This document shows, piece after piece, positions 1-9,719 of a stretch of DNA of 21,190 bases. The notes beneath the pieces are model-generated. The model searched no databases. It saw nothing but the letters and a program-made list of their open reading frames with translations, and was not told the DNA's origin. The stretch is from Fonticula alba ATCC 38817. Lineage: Eukaryota; Protista; Nucleariida. The DNA lies in assembly GCA_000388065.2 (NCBI GenBank), contig KB932208.1; one strand, given 5' to 3'. The translations under genes were made by a program, and so were the position numbers. The stretch's first letter is position 1. Every line of letters starts with the position of its first letter.

Positions 1-70
1 CCCGGCGCAGGCATGCGTCTCGCTTGCGACCGTGTTTGGCGTTGCTCGCCGCGGCGCGACCCGCCGGGCG

Positions 71-634
71 ATGGGCCAGTGCGTGTCCCGGCGCGCGGCG
101 GCGCCCTTTCCGTCGGCCGGGGAGGGCCGGCGCGGATGGCCGCGGGCGGTCCCGCCCTCTCGCGCCCGACCCCCCCCCCCCGAAGGGCGCCGCCCCATGC
201 GCGGCCGCCAGCGGGGCGGGCCTTCCCTGCTCCCTGGACGTGTTGGCCGGCGGAGGCCCGGAAAAACTGGCCGTCACCAATACTTGACGCAATACGGCGG
301 GGAGCCGGGAGCCGCCGTGTCCCCCTGTGCGCCCCGCTCCCCCGCCCTCCCTCCCTCCCTCCCCCTCTCTCTTTCTCTTTCTCTCTCGCTCTCCGGAGGA
401 CCCCCCCCCCCGGGGCGTGTGGCCCCACGGCGTGGCCGGCGGCCGCTCGCCGCACCCAGGCGGGCCTGGTCGACTGTGTCCCAGTCTTCCGGGCCCCCGG
501 CCGGCTCCCAGTCCGAGACGAAAATAGCCCGCGGGCCCGGCATGGCTCGGGAGACGGGGCAGGCGCCTTCGATGTCGGACCCCGACGCCGTGCGCGGCGA
601 CGCCCACGTGAAGGACCTCGGCCGGGGCGTGTTC
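71..634 (+). CDS. Possible 5' part of an unidentified gene (MGQCVSRR start; candidate exon 460-634)
   Basis: ATG at 71 gives an acylation-type N-terminus. A CT-rich tract at 340-400 is followed by CAG at 457-459 and GTGCGC at 635, bracketing a 175-nt segment in the same frame. No recognisable homology and no downstream exons found. Confidence 0.2.
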
Positions 635-2143
635 GTGCGCGCGAGACTCGGCTTTTTCCCTCCCGGCGGGGGGGGGGAGGGCCCCATGCCGGGGCACGGC
701 CAGAGTCCCCCGCCCCCCGGAGCGGCCGGCCCGGCGTGCTGGCACCCGTCCAGAGGCCGGGGGCTGGGCCCCGGGCGCAGCCAAGCGACGCAGGCCGCGC
801 GACGCGCCCGGGCATGCCTATTCCCGTCGGGTCCGGGGTATTTGGCGTGGCTGGGCGCGCCGGCGCATGCCCGGGGCCAAGTCCGCCGGCCGGGCCGCGG
901 CGCGGCGGATGGTCTCCGCCGGCGGGGGGCCCCCCCTCGGCCGGTTGGATGTCCACCCGCCGGCCGGAGGGCCCCCAGCGCGGCCACATGCACGCTCCTT
1001 CCCACTGGCGACAGGAACGCTCGCGTCTGTGCCACACCTGGCGCTCGCACGCTTGGGTGGCGCATTCCAGCGCGCGGGCGCGGCGCCCTCGGCCACGGCG
1101 CGTGCCGTCCCGAGGGCGCCCTCCCCGACCGGCGGCGGCGGCCGGCGTCCAGACCCCGCCCGACTGGCCCGGGGGCCGTCCGGCGTCTCGCCGGCCGGCT
1201 GTCAGGCCTGTCCCTTTCTCCCCGGGGCCGGGTCTTCCTCGCATGGGTGCGCGTGCGTGCGCGTGCGGGGCCGTGGTGGCCGCCCGGCCGACCCGCCGGG
1301 CTTCGGTGTAGGGGCAGGGAGCGCGCCCGGATGCGGGTCCGGTGCAGGCGCCCCGCGGCTGGCAGCCACCGAGAGAAGCTGTTTCACTCCCTCCAGCCGT
1401 GGCCCGACCGCCTGGCTGGGGCCTTTCCCATCTCCCGGCCCGGGAAGCGATGAGACAGCCAACCGCGCCTGGGATCCCCCTGCCAGCGCCACAGGCCGGG
1501 AGCGGCGGCGGCGGGCTTGCCGCGCGCGCGCGCTCCTACGTAAGGCGCACTGTCCGAGGCAAGGGGCATGTGTGTGTGTGTGTGTGTGCGTGCCGGGGGG
1601 TCCCGCCGGGCCGGCCGCCTCGTCTACAGCGCCCCGGCGGGCGGCCGCGACCCGCCCACCATACCCCTCGATTGCCTGGCACCGGCCTGCCGTGGGTGGT
1701 GAATGTTTGTTTCCCTTCACTCTCCCCCGGGGCGAAGTGGGCGGCCCGTCGCGAGAAGCGTGGAACGCATCGGTGTGTGTATGTGTATGCGACTGCGGGG
1801 TGCAGGGCTTGCTGTGTGGGGCCCCGGGCGGGCGCAGGGCTTGCCAAGCACGCGGCCCGTGCCGCGGGCGACACAGCCTCATGCGAGCCCCTTCGCGCTT
1901 GTGCGTGCGGGCGTGCGCCCGGCGTGCCCGCCGGTCGCGGGGCATTGTTTGTGCCCTCGGCCGCCTGCGACTCCGGCGTGTTTGTGCATCATGCACCGAC
2001 GGTGTTGTGCCGGTGGTGAGGTGGGATTGGAGCTGTTTTCCCGGGGGGGGGGGAGAACGGGAGAGGAGCGCCCCTCGCCGGTGCTCACATGCAGGGCACT
2101 GGCCACATCAGCCAACATGGTCCGCGGCCTGCTCCCCCCCCCC

Positions 2144-2651
2144 NNNNNNNNNNNNNNNNNNNNNNNNNNNNNNNNNNNNNNNNNNNNNNNNNNNNNNNNN
2201 NNNNNNNNNNNNNNNNNNNNNNNNNNNNNNNNNNNNNNNNNNNNNNNNNNNNNNNNNNNNNNNNNNNNNNNNNNNNNNNNNNNNNNNNNNNNNNNNNNNN
2301 NNNNNNNNNNNNNNNNNNNNNNNNNNNNNNNNNNNNNNNNNNNNNNNNNNNNNNNNNNNNNNNNNNNNNNNNNNNNNNNNNNNNNNNNNNNNNNNNNNNN
2401 NNNNNNNNNNNNNNNNNNNNNNNNNNNNNNNNNNNNNNNNNNNNNNNNNNNNNNNNNNNNNNNNNNNNNNNNNNNNNNNNNNNNNNNNNNNNNNNNNNNN
2501 NNNNNNNNNNNNNNNNNNNNNNNNNNNNNNNNNNNNNNNNNNNNNNNNNNNNNNNNNNNNNNNNNNNNNNNNNNNNNNNNNNNNNNNNNNNNNNNNNNNN
2601 NNNNNNNNNNNNNNNNNNNNNNNNNNNNNNNNNNNNNNNNNNNNNNNNNNN
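2144..2651. other. Assembly gap (508 N)
   Basis: N-run preceded by poly-C. Confidence 1.
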
Positions 2652-3201
2652 CCCTGCCCAGTGCACGACGCCAGAGCACCCGGCCGCCCGGCGAGGCCGA
2701 ATGATTGGTGGGGAGGCTCGTTAAGCCCGGTCGAAGGCCCTCCTCCTCCTCCCCCCTGGATACCCACGCCTTGGGCAGTTGCTGCAGGGGGTCGGCTGTT
2801 CGCCGGCGTGCCCGCGCTCGCGCGGGAGGGGGCTGGCCTCGGCGCCCGTGCGCCATCCCGCCGGAGGGCTCGCTCGGCCCGCCGGGCGCAGATGCTGTCC
2901 GCTCGGCCGCCACGGGGATACGACCCCCCGCGATGGCAGAATGTTGCCCCCTCTCCCCGCGTCGCCCCCGCCCCCCTCCCCGGCACGGGCCCGGCCGTGG
3001 CCCCCGGGCCGCCGGATCTCCCCGCGCGACCTGCTCCTCGCCGGGGGCGCTCCGTGATGGGGGGCGCACCCTGCGCCGGCGCGTGCTCGCTGCCCGCGCC
3101 CTCCCTGACCCCCTCGGGCATCTCCATGCGCGGCTTTCCCGGGCATCCCCGCCTGGCGGAGGGCAGGAGGTAGATCCCGCCAGGGCCCCGGCGATTCCGT
3201 G

Positions 3202-3719
3202 TATATAGCCCCACTGTGGGCGAGCTATTTCGGCCCCCGACGCCGGACGAACTGGCCGCCATCCCGGCACCTCCCCACTCGATCTTGCCACCGCCGCCCT
3301 CCCTACAACTCGCCGGGTGCCTGTGCCTCCGCCCCCCCTCCCCCCCTCTCTCTCTCTCTCTCCGCTCGCTGCCCAGCTCCTTCTGCCCCTTCTTTTTCTC
3401 TGGTGACTCCCCGACTGTCGGTCGATTGGTGCTCAGCCTCCCGCCGCTCCCCGGCCGCGTCGCTTCCTCGCAGGCCCTCCCCTGGCCTTGTTGCTCGCTG
3501 CCCTCTCCTGGCATCCTCTCCGCCTGCTCGGGGCCACCAACCGATCTGCCTCGCGCGCCATCCCTGCCCCACGGGAGTAGGCCGAGCTCGCCGGATCTCT
3601 ACCCTGATTTGGCCAGCTGCCGCTGCCGCTGCCGCCGCCGCCGCCGCTGCTGCTGCCGCCGCCGCCGCCGCCGCCGCCACCACTGCCTCACCCACAGCCG
3701 CCGTCCCAACTATATAGCC
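3202..3719 (+). promoter_or_regulatory. Two identical TATA-like elements (TATATAGCC at 3202 and 3711) upstream of the 7TM-RGS gene
   Basis: The same 9-mer occurs twice in a very GC-rich context, 666 and 157 nt upstream of the ATG. No transcript data are available. Confidence 0.35.
3616..3678 (+). repeat. (GCY)21 trinucleotide repeat upstream of the 7TM-RGS start codon
   Basis: GCT/GCC run read directly, ending 189 nt before the ATG at 3868. Confidence 0.9.
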
Positions 3720-3867
3720 ACCACCTGCACCACTTCGCCGCCCGGCGCCCGCCCGCACTCCGCCGCCGGTTGATCCGCACGCACGCACGCGCACCCCCCC
3801 CCCCCCCCTCCCATCTCCCCCACGGCCGCCCACACCCAGCCGCACTCGCACAGCCTCCACGGTCGCC

Positions 3868-6725
3868 ATGGGGTCCATCTGGTTTTTGGACTTCATGCTG
3901 ATGGTCCTCGGGCCGGTGCTGGTCATCTGCGGCGCCCTCTACTTCTCGCGCCTGCACCATGAGCCGGTCCGCACGCGCGGCGCCTGGCACAATACCGTCA
4001 GCGCCGCGGCCGGCCTGCTGACCTCCGTCGGTGTGGCCCTGGCCGACCACCATCCCCGCACGGACTGCCACTTCAGCTTCGCCGTCATCAACAGCTTCCC
4101 GATCCTCTGGTCGCTGGTATGTCCCACCTTTCTTCCCCCCGCCTGCTCCTCGCAGGCCACATGTGTGGCGCATGTCCCCTTTTTGCACGCCCCGCCCGGC
4201 CCTGCTTCCCCACCACCGCCCCTGACCATCGTCCGATGCCTCCGGCCGTCGTGGCCGCTCCCCCGCGCGCGCGCGCCCCCCCCCCCCGCACGCATGTGCC
4301 CGCTCGTCCCTGGTAGCCGGTCATTGGCCGAGGCTTTCTCCTGTACCTGGAGAATGAGTTCCACTCGCTGACCCTGTCGACATCGTCGGTGGTCGGGGGC
4401 GGCGGGTCCTCGCACGGCGAGCCGGAGATCGACGACACCCCCGGGTCCAGTGCCTCCATGGAGTCCCTCTCCTCGCCGCCCCACTCGCCGCCCTTCTCCG
4501 GCACGGCCTCCTCCTCGGACGACCTGTCCGAGGTGAAGGGCTCCCCGGACAAGCACAGCCCCCTGGGCGTGGTGTCGCCCCATTCCAGCCAGGCCCTGGG
4601 CCCGGTGACCGGGCTGACCGGCGACACGACCCTGCCCCTGGCATCCGGCACCGGTGACCGGCCGGCCAGCACCCACCGCAGCCTCACCTCCACCACCGGG
4701 TCGCACCTGCACGCCACCGACGACCTGCTGAACACCCTCGACGACCGGTCCATGCCGGAGCACATCCGCAAGGACATCCAACGCCTGCGCCGGGTGGTCT
4801 ACTGGCGGAAGACCATCTCCCCCTGGTGGGCCCAGATCGCCATCTACACGGCCATGGTGGCCATCAACATGGTCCTGTCCTTTGCCCTGCTCTACAGCGG
4901 CGGTGATCCCGACCGGTACATCGGCCCGCGCACCGGGGCCACCCTCCCGGGCAGCCTGGACGGCGAGTGCAGCCCCCACATGCTGGCCGTCATCGCCGTG
5001 TCCACCATGGTGTGCCTGGTTCTGGGCCTGGTCCTGGTCTGGATCCTGTGGAACCGCCGGGATGTGTACAAGATTAAGCAGGAGCTCGGTGTGCGTGTCC
5101 TCCCCTCGCCTGGCCTTCCCGGGCCGGGCATCCTGGCCTCCTTGGTGCTCGGCACGGGGCAGCCCCTTGGCCCGGGGTCCTTCGTCTGTCATTGTTTCTT
5201 CTTCTCTCTCCCTCTTTGTTTTCTTCTCTCTCCCTCTTTGTTTTCTTCTCTCTCCCTCTCTGTTTTCTTCTCTCCCTCCCTCTCCCTCGATCCCCCCCTC
5301 CCTCCCTCTCCCTCCCTCTCCCTCGATCCCCCCCCTCCCTCCAGCTGACTCACGCCCTGCACCATGCCCCCCTTCGCCTCCGGGTCCCCCTGGGGCCCTT
5401 GTGCGGCCGCGCCCCGTGGCCACCTCCAAACAGGTCTTCCTCGGCATCGCCGTGGTGGGGTTCATTGTCTTCGTCATCACGGTGGTCGGCGACTGGAACC
5501 ACCAGGTCTCTTCCAATGTCACGGTGGTGGTGATTGTTGTCTGCAACATTTGGCTCTTCACCTTCCCCTATGTGTTGTCCTTCTCGCGGTTCTTCCGCAA
5601 GTTGACCAACTACTCGCCCGACTCGCGGGAAAGCTTCTTCAGCGACTTGACGTCGGCCGGTGGCGCCGGGGCCGGGGTCGACCCGGCCGGCGAATCGGGC
5701 TCCTTCCGCACCGCGTCCGGCGTGTACATCGGCTTCGGCACGGCCGATGACCCCGCCGGGCTCGGGGGCCCTGGCATTGGCAGCGCCGGGAACACCGGCG
5801 GCAGCAGCCGCTTCCGGGCCCTGGGCTTTGCCTCGCGCCATGCCAACAACTCCGACACCTCCGACGTCAAGCACTACTTCTCCACCGAGATGTCCCAGCT
5901 GGAGCATGGGACCCCGCACGGGGGCCGCAGCGGGGTGGCCACTCCGGCCGCGCCGGCCGGCGGGCAGAGCCTCATCGGCGACTCGCTGGAGTCCCTGTCG
6001 GCCAGCAACTCGCCGAACACCTCCTGCACCTCGATCACCATCGAGACGACCACCACGTCGGTCGTCAGCACCACCGGGCCGGCGGCCGGCCCGCGCGGCG
6101 GCCGGCGCCCCAGCCATGCGGCCCTCGGCTCGGGTCCCGGCTCCTCGGGCGATGACTCCAGCGAGCGGCGCATCCTGCGCTTTGACATCTTCGCGCGCCA
6201 TGCGCCGGCCGAGGCCCGGCGCTCCTTCGAGGAGTTCTGCAAGATGAGCTTCTCCACCGAGCAGCTCTTCTTCATGCGCAGTGACGACAACTACCGGCGC
6301 AGCCACAAGCGCAGCATCGTGCGTCTACCCATATGGGTTCCCTGCTGTTGCCGTGCATTGGCATGGGCCTTTGCGTCGGGCCACTTCCGGTTTCCCGCCC
6401 TCCCCCGCTCTCGCCCCCGCCCGATCATGGCTAATGCTGGCTTTCCCCCCCCCCCCCCCCCCTTTGTTCCCCTTCCCCTTGTTCCCCCCTCCTCACGGCG
6501 TGCCCCCCCGCCCCCCCCCCCCCCACTTCTCCTCGCCCTCTCCCCNNNNNNNNNNNNNNNNNNNNNNNNNNNNNNNNNNNNNNNNNNNNNNNNNNNNNNN
6601 NNNNNNNNNNNNNNNNNNNNNNNNNNNNNNNNNNNNNNNNNNNNNNNNNNNNNNNNNNNNCCCCCCCCGCCCTTTGTTCCCCTTCCCCTTGTTCGCCATT
6701 TGTGCGGCCTTCGCCCTGGGGCCCG

Positions 6726-6777
<52 letters not shown>

Positions 6778-6951
6778 CAAGCGCTACGCGGCCGCTGCCA
6801 AGATCATGGACACCTTCATCCGCGCAAACTCCACCCACGAGCTGAACATCGATGGCAGCACCCGGCGGAATCTGATTCAACAGTTCAACTTGATCCCGGT
6901 GCCCCCGGGCATGGCGCCGCCTGGCGGCACTGCCGAGGGGGCCGGGCGCGC

Positions 6952-6999
<48 letters not shown>

Positions 7000-7681
7000 G
7001 CCGCGACGCTCGCGCTGGATCTTCGGCAGCGACAGTTCATCGGGCGCCGAGCTGGCCATTCCGCTTGACCCGCCACCGCCCTTCGATCGGCCGGGTGCCG
7101 GGGCGCCCGCCTCCGGTGGCCAGGCCGGAGCGCTTGGTGCCGCAGCCGATGCCAAGGCCGCCCCCCTGGCCCAGGGTGCCGGTGGCCCGGGCATCCGACC
7201 CGGTCATGGGTCTGTCATTCTCGACATGGATCGGATGCTGGCTCTGCAGGATGCCGAGGCTGGGCCGCCGCGTTTGCTTTTCGACGCGGTTCGCAAGGAG
7301 GTCCTCATCCAGTTGGCGCACTTGATGCGCATGTGGGCCAGCAAGGACGAGGGCCGGCGGCTGATGGCCCAGGCGACGGAGGCCCTGCGCCAGGCGGACG
7401 CCCGAGCCGAGGCGCGCCAGCGCGCCCACCCCCCCGCCTGGGCCGATGCCGTCCGGGCTGACGCAGCCCGGGCCAATGCCGAGCCGGTGCCCCGGTCAGT
7501 TCCGCTGCCGGTGCCCGACATGGCCCCGGCGTCGGTGCCCGACATGGCCCCGGCGTCGGTGTCCGACATGGCCCCGGCGTCGGTGTCCGACATGGCCCCG
7601 GCACCGGTGTCCGACTTGACCCCGGCACCGGTGCCCGATGCCCCTCTTGACATTGAGCCGGCGTCGGCCTCTGACGAGTAA
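3868..7681 (+). CDS. 7TM-RGS protein (GPCR-like seven-helix membrane domain fused to a Regulator of G-protein Signalling domain), 4 exons, about 937 aa
   Basis: Exons 3868-4116, 4317-5090, 5434-6318, 6776-7681; all introns GT-AG and phase 0; start context gccATGG. Seven hydrophobic segments: WFLDFMLMVLGPVLVICGALYF; TVSAAAGLLTSVGVALA; CHFSFAVINSFPILWSLPVIGRGFLL; WWAQIAIYTAMVAINMVLSFALLY; MLAVIAVSTMVCLVLGLVLVWILW; GVFLGIAVVGFIVFVITVV; VTVVVIVVCNIWLFTFPYVL. The C-terminal part aligns by eye to the RGS box: FEEFCKMSFSTEQLFF..NYRR, AKIMDTFIRANSTHELNIDGSTRRNL, LFDAVRKEV. Confidence 0.88.
5199..5275 (+). repeat. 22-bp pyrimidine-rich tandem repeat, about 3.3 copies, in 7TM-RGS intron 2
   Basis: TTCTTCTCTCTCCCTCTTTGTT at 5199 and 5221, and at 5243 with 1 mismatch. 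Confidence 0.85.
6546..6660. other. Assembly gap (115 N) inside 7TM-RGS intron 3
   Basis: N-run with a duplicated flank. Confidence 1.
6727..6774 (+). repeat. (CA)24 microsatellite ending directly at the 3' splice site of 7TM-RGS intron 3
   Basis: The CA run ends ...CACAG at 6775, followed by exon codons AAC AAG CGC. Confidence 0.95.
6953..6997 (+). repeat. (GGC)15 coding trinucleotide repeat (poly-Gly)
   Basis: Pure run read directly, in frame inside the RGS-domain insertion. Confidence 0.95.
7510..7640 (+). repeat. 24-bp coding minisatellite, about 5.5 copies, encoding V[PS]DMAPA[SP]
   Basis: Unit GGTGCCCGACATGGCCCCGGCGTC recurs at 7510, 7534, 7558, 7582, 7606 and 7630, degenerating towards the 3' end. 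It lies in frame in the last exon of the 7TM-RGS gene. Confidence 0.95.
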
Positions 7682-8697
7682 GGTGGCCGAGAGGGCCAGG
7701 CGGGGGGCAATGCCCACCCGCCCGAATCCGGCAGAGGCCCTCCCTTCGGGCTTTCCGCCACGCCCTGTCCTCCTCCCGCGCTCCCCCGCCTCCCTGGTGG
7801 CCGGCCCTCCCGATGATGGAGGGTGGGTCTTCCCGACAGTTGTGCGAAGCCCCCCATTGCCTCCTGACCATGGGAGCCATGTCTGTGCCGTCGTTCGCTC
7901 GTTCGTTCGCGCATGTTTGCATGTGCACATGTGTCCCCCCCCCCCCCCCCTGCCCCCCTCCCCATTCACCCCCGGCGACTTGGTGCCCATGCTCTGTCGG
8001 CAACCACATCTGCCGATGTGGGGTGGGCCCCAAGATCCCCCAAGGCAAGCCGCGCGCGCGCGCGTCTCTCTCTCTCTCTCTCTCTCTCTGTGTACGGGTC
8101 ACGCCCCTGTGTTCAAGTGACAGGGGGCGTTCCACGCGCCCCGCGGCCGGAGGGGGGGAGGGGGCGCCCCACATGAGCACATCAAAAGCCAAAGTAGAGG
8201 CAACGGATGTCGCTGCCCGAACGCAGGCTTTCCCAGTGCCGGGCTCCCTCCAGCTGGTCCCCCTCCGCTCGCCCTCCACAAACCCATGTCCTTGTAAACT
8301 CCAAACAATCCATCTCTCTCTCTCTCTCTCTCTCTTGCTCGCGCGTGCGCGCCCCTCCTCCCTCAGTTGAAAGATGAAAGCGCGACCCGCATGTATGTGC
8401 GAGCGTCCGTCCGGTGCTCCCCCCCCCCCCGCCCGCATCGCCAACACGGCACGCCTACACCCGGCGTGTGCATGTGCGCCAGCCGGCCTCGCTCGCGCGC
8501 TGTACATGGCCGTTTTGTGCGGCCCCGCACCGTTCGCAATATACCGCCCCCTCCTAAAAACCGTCATTTACTGTGCGTATACGTGTGTGATGATGCGCAT
8601 GCAGGCATGTGCCTCTCCATATGAATGTCCGTGAAGACGTATCTCGGGGTGTGTACGTGTGTATATGCGTTTACGCCCCCCGGCGTCGGTGTCCGAC

Positions 8698-8848
8698 NNN
8701 NNNNNNNNNNNNNNNNNNNNNNNNNNNNNNNNNNNNNNNNNNNNNNNNNNNNNNNNNNNNNNNNNNNNNNNNNNNNNNNNNNNNNNNNNNNNNNNNNNNN
8801 NNNNNNNNNNNNNNNNNNNNNNNNNNNNNNNNNNNNNNNNNNNNNNNN
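8698..8848. other. Assembly gap (151 N)
   Basis: N-run followed by poly-C. Confidence 1.
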
Positions 8849-9719
8849 CCCCCCCCCCCGGGCATCAGCACATCGGCAGGCTGCTGCAACGTCCTGCATG
8901 CTCTGTGTCTGGTCGCATGTATAGCCAGGACGTGGTTGCTTCACGACGCTGGCGCCTCGGCGGCCAGCGTCGTGTCCAGGTGCCTGGGACGGAGGGGCTT
9001 GCCTGCATGGAGCCCGCGCCTTCTGCCGGACCCCTCCGGCCGGGGGCCTCCGTCATTTCTTCACCCACAGGGTTGTTACCTGACATCGGTAACTCACGCC
9101 CTTGGGCGGAGGACAGCTTAATCGATGTAGGCGCACGTGATACGGAGGTTTGATCGACACGCCCCGCCGCGCTCCTTCTCGGGGCGGCTGGCGAGCGACC
9201 CGGTCGCCCAACCCACCCCCGTGCCGTCGGGAACCGGCTGGCCGGGGGCTGAGAAGACGCGGGGAGGGCCCAAGTACCGGGGGGGGGGGGGGGACATTTT
9301 GCCGCGGGGAAGCCGGACGATTCCTGGCCTTTCCGGTGCGGGCTGAGATCTCTCTCCAGGGGGGGGGGGGGGGGGGGGGCTTTTCGCGCCCAAATGGGCA
9401 TCGGCCGGTGCTTCTCCCCGAGGCTCGTGCTCGGGGCCGCGCGGCCACGGACGCGAGCGGAGGCCCTGCGATCGGCCGCAGGGGCCACCCTCTCTGCCGA
9501 GGCACCCGGGCAGGCTGATGTGGCTTGGGTTGTTTTCCTTTTCGGCTGGCCTGCAAGTGTGCCGGTGACCCGGTGCCACCGGGCTCCACCATCCCTCCCA
9601 TCTTCCATCTTCCCTTTCTCCTTTGCTTCCTCCTTTGCTTCCCCCTTTCTCCTCGCAACTCCCCCCACCCCCCTTTCTCTGCCCCCGCCGTCCTCACGCG
9701 TTCCCCTGCGGCGCCCGGC

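Noticed and set aside
274-1065. Minus-strand ORF with plausible-looking peptides (IFVSDWE, PPYCVKYW*)
   Set aside because: It shares third-codon positions with the + frame, so it may be an antisense shadow. It also puts a purine-rich tract on the sense strand, opposite to the polarity of the supported genes.
13-3291. Many long ORFs (up to 768 aa) in the first 3.3 kb
   Set aside because: Arg/Pro/Gly/Ala-rich translations expected from very GC-rich DNA. Several read through N-gaps or microsatellites, and none has family motifs.
5686-5703. AGESGS resembling the G-alpha P-loop GAGESGKS inside the receptor linker
   Set aside because: It lacks the Lys-Ser/Thr and the preceding hydrophobic strand, and sits in Gly/Ser low-complexity sequence, so it is likely chance.
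7510-7640. 24-bp direct repeats as a CRISPR array
   Set aside because: No spacers, in-frame coding, eukaryotic context and no cas genes.
9525-9719. TTG-initiated N-terminal extension of spastin with hydrophobic IFHLPFLLCFLLCF, resembling the M1 hairpin
   Set aside because: There is no ATG. The hydrophobicity is simply what a CT-rich intron or leader tract translates to.
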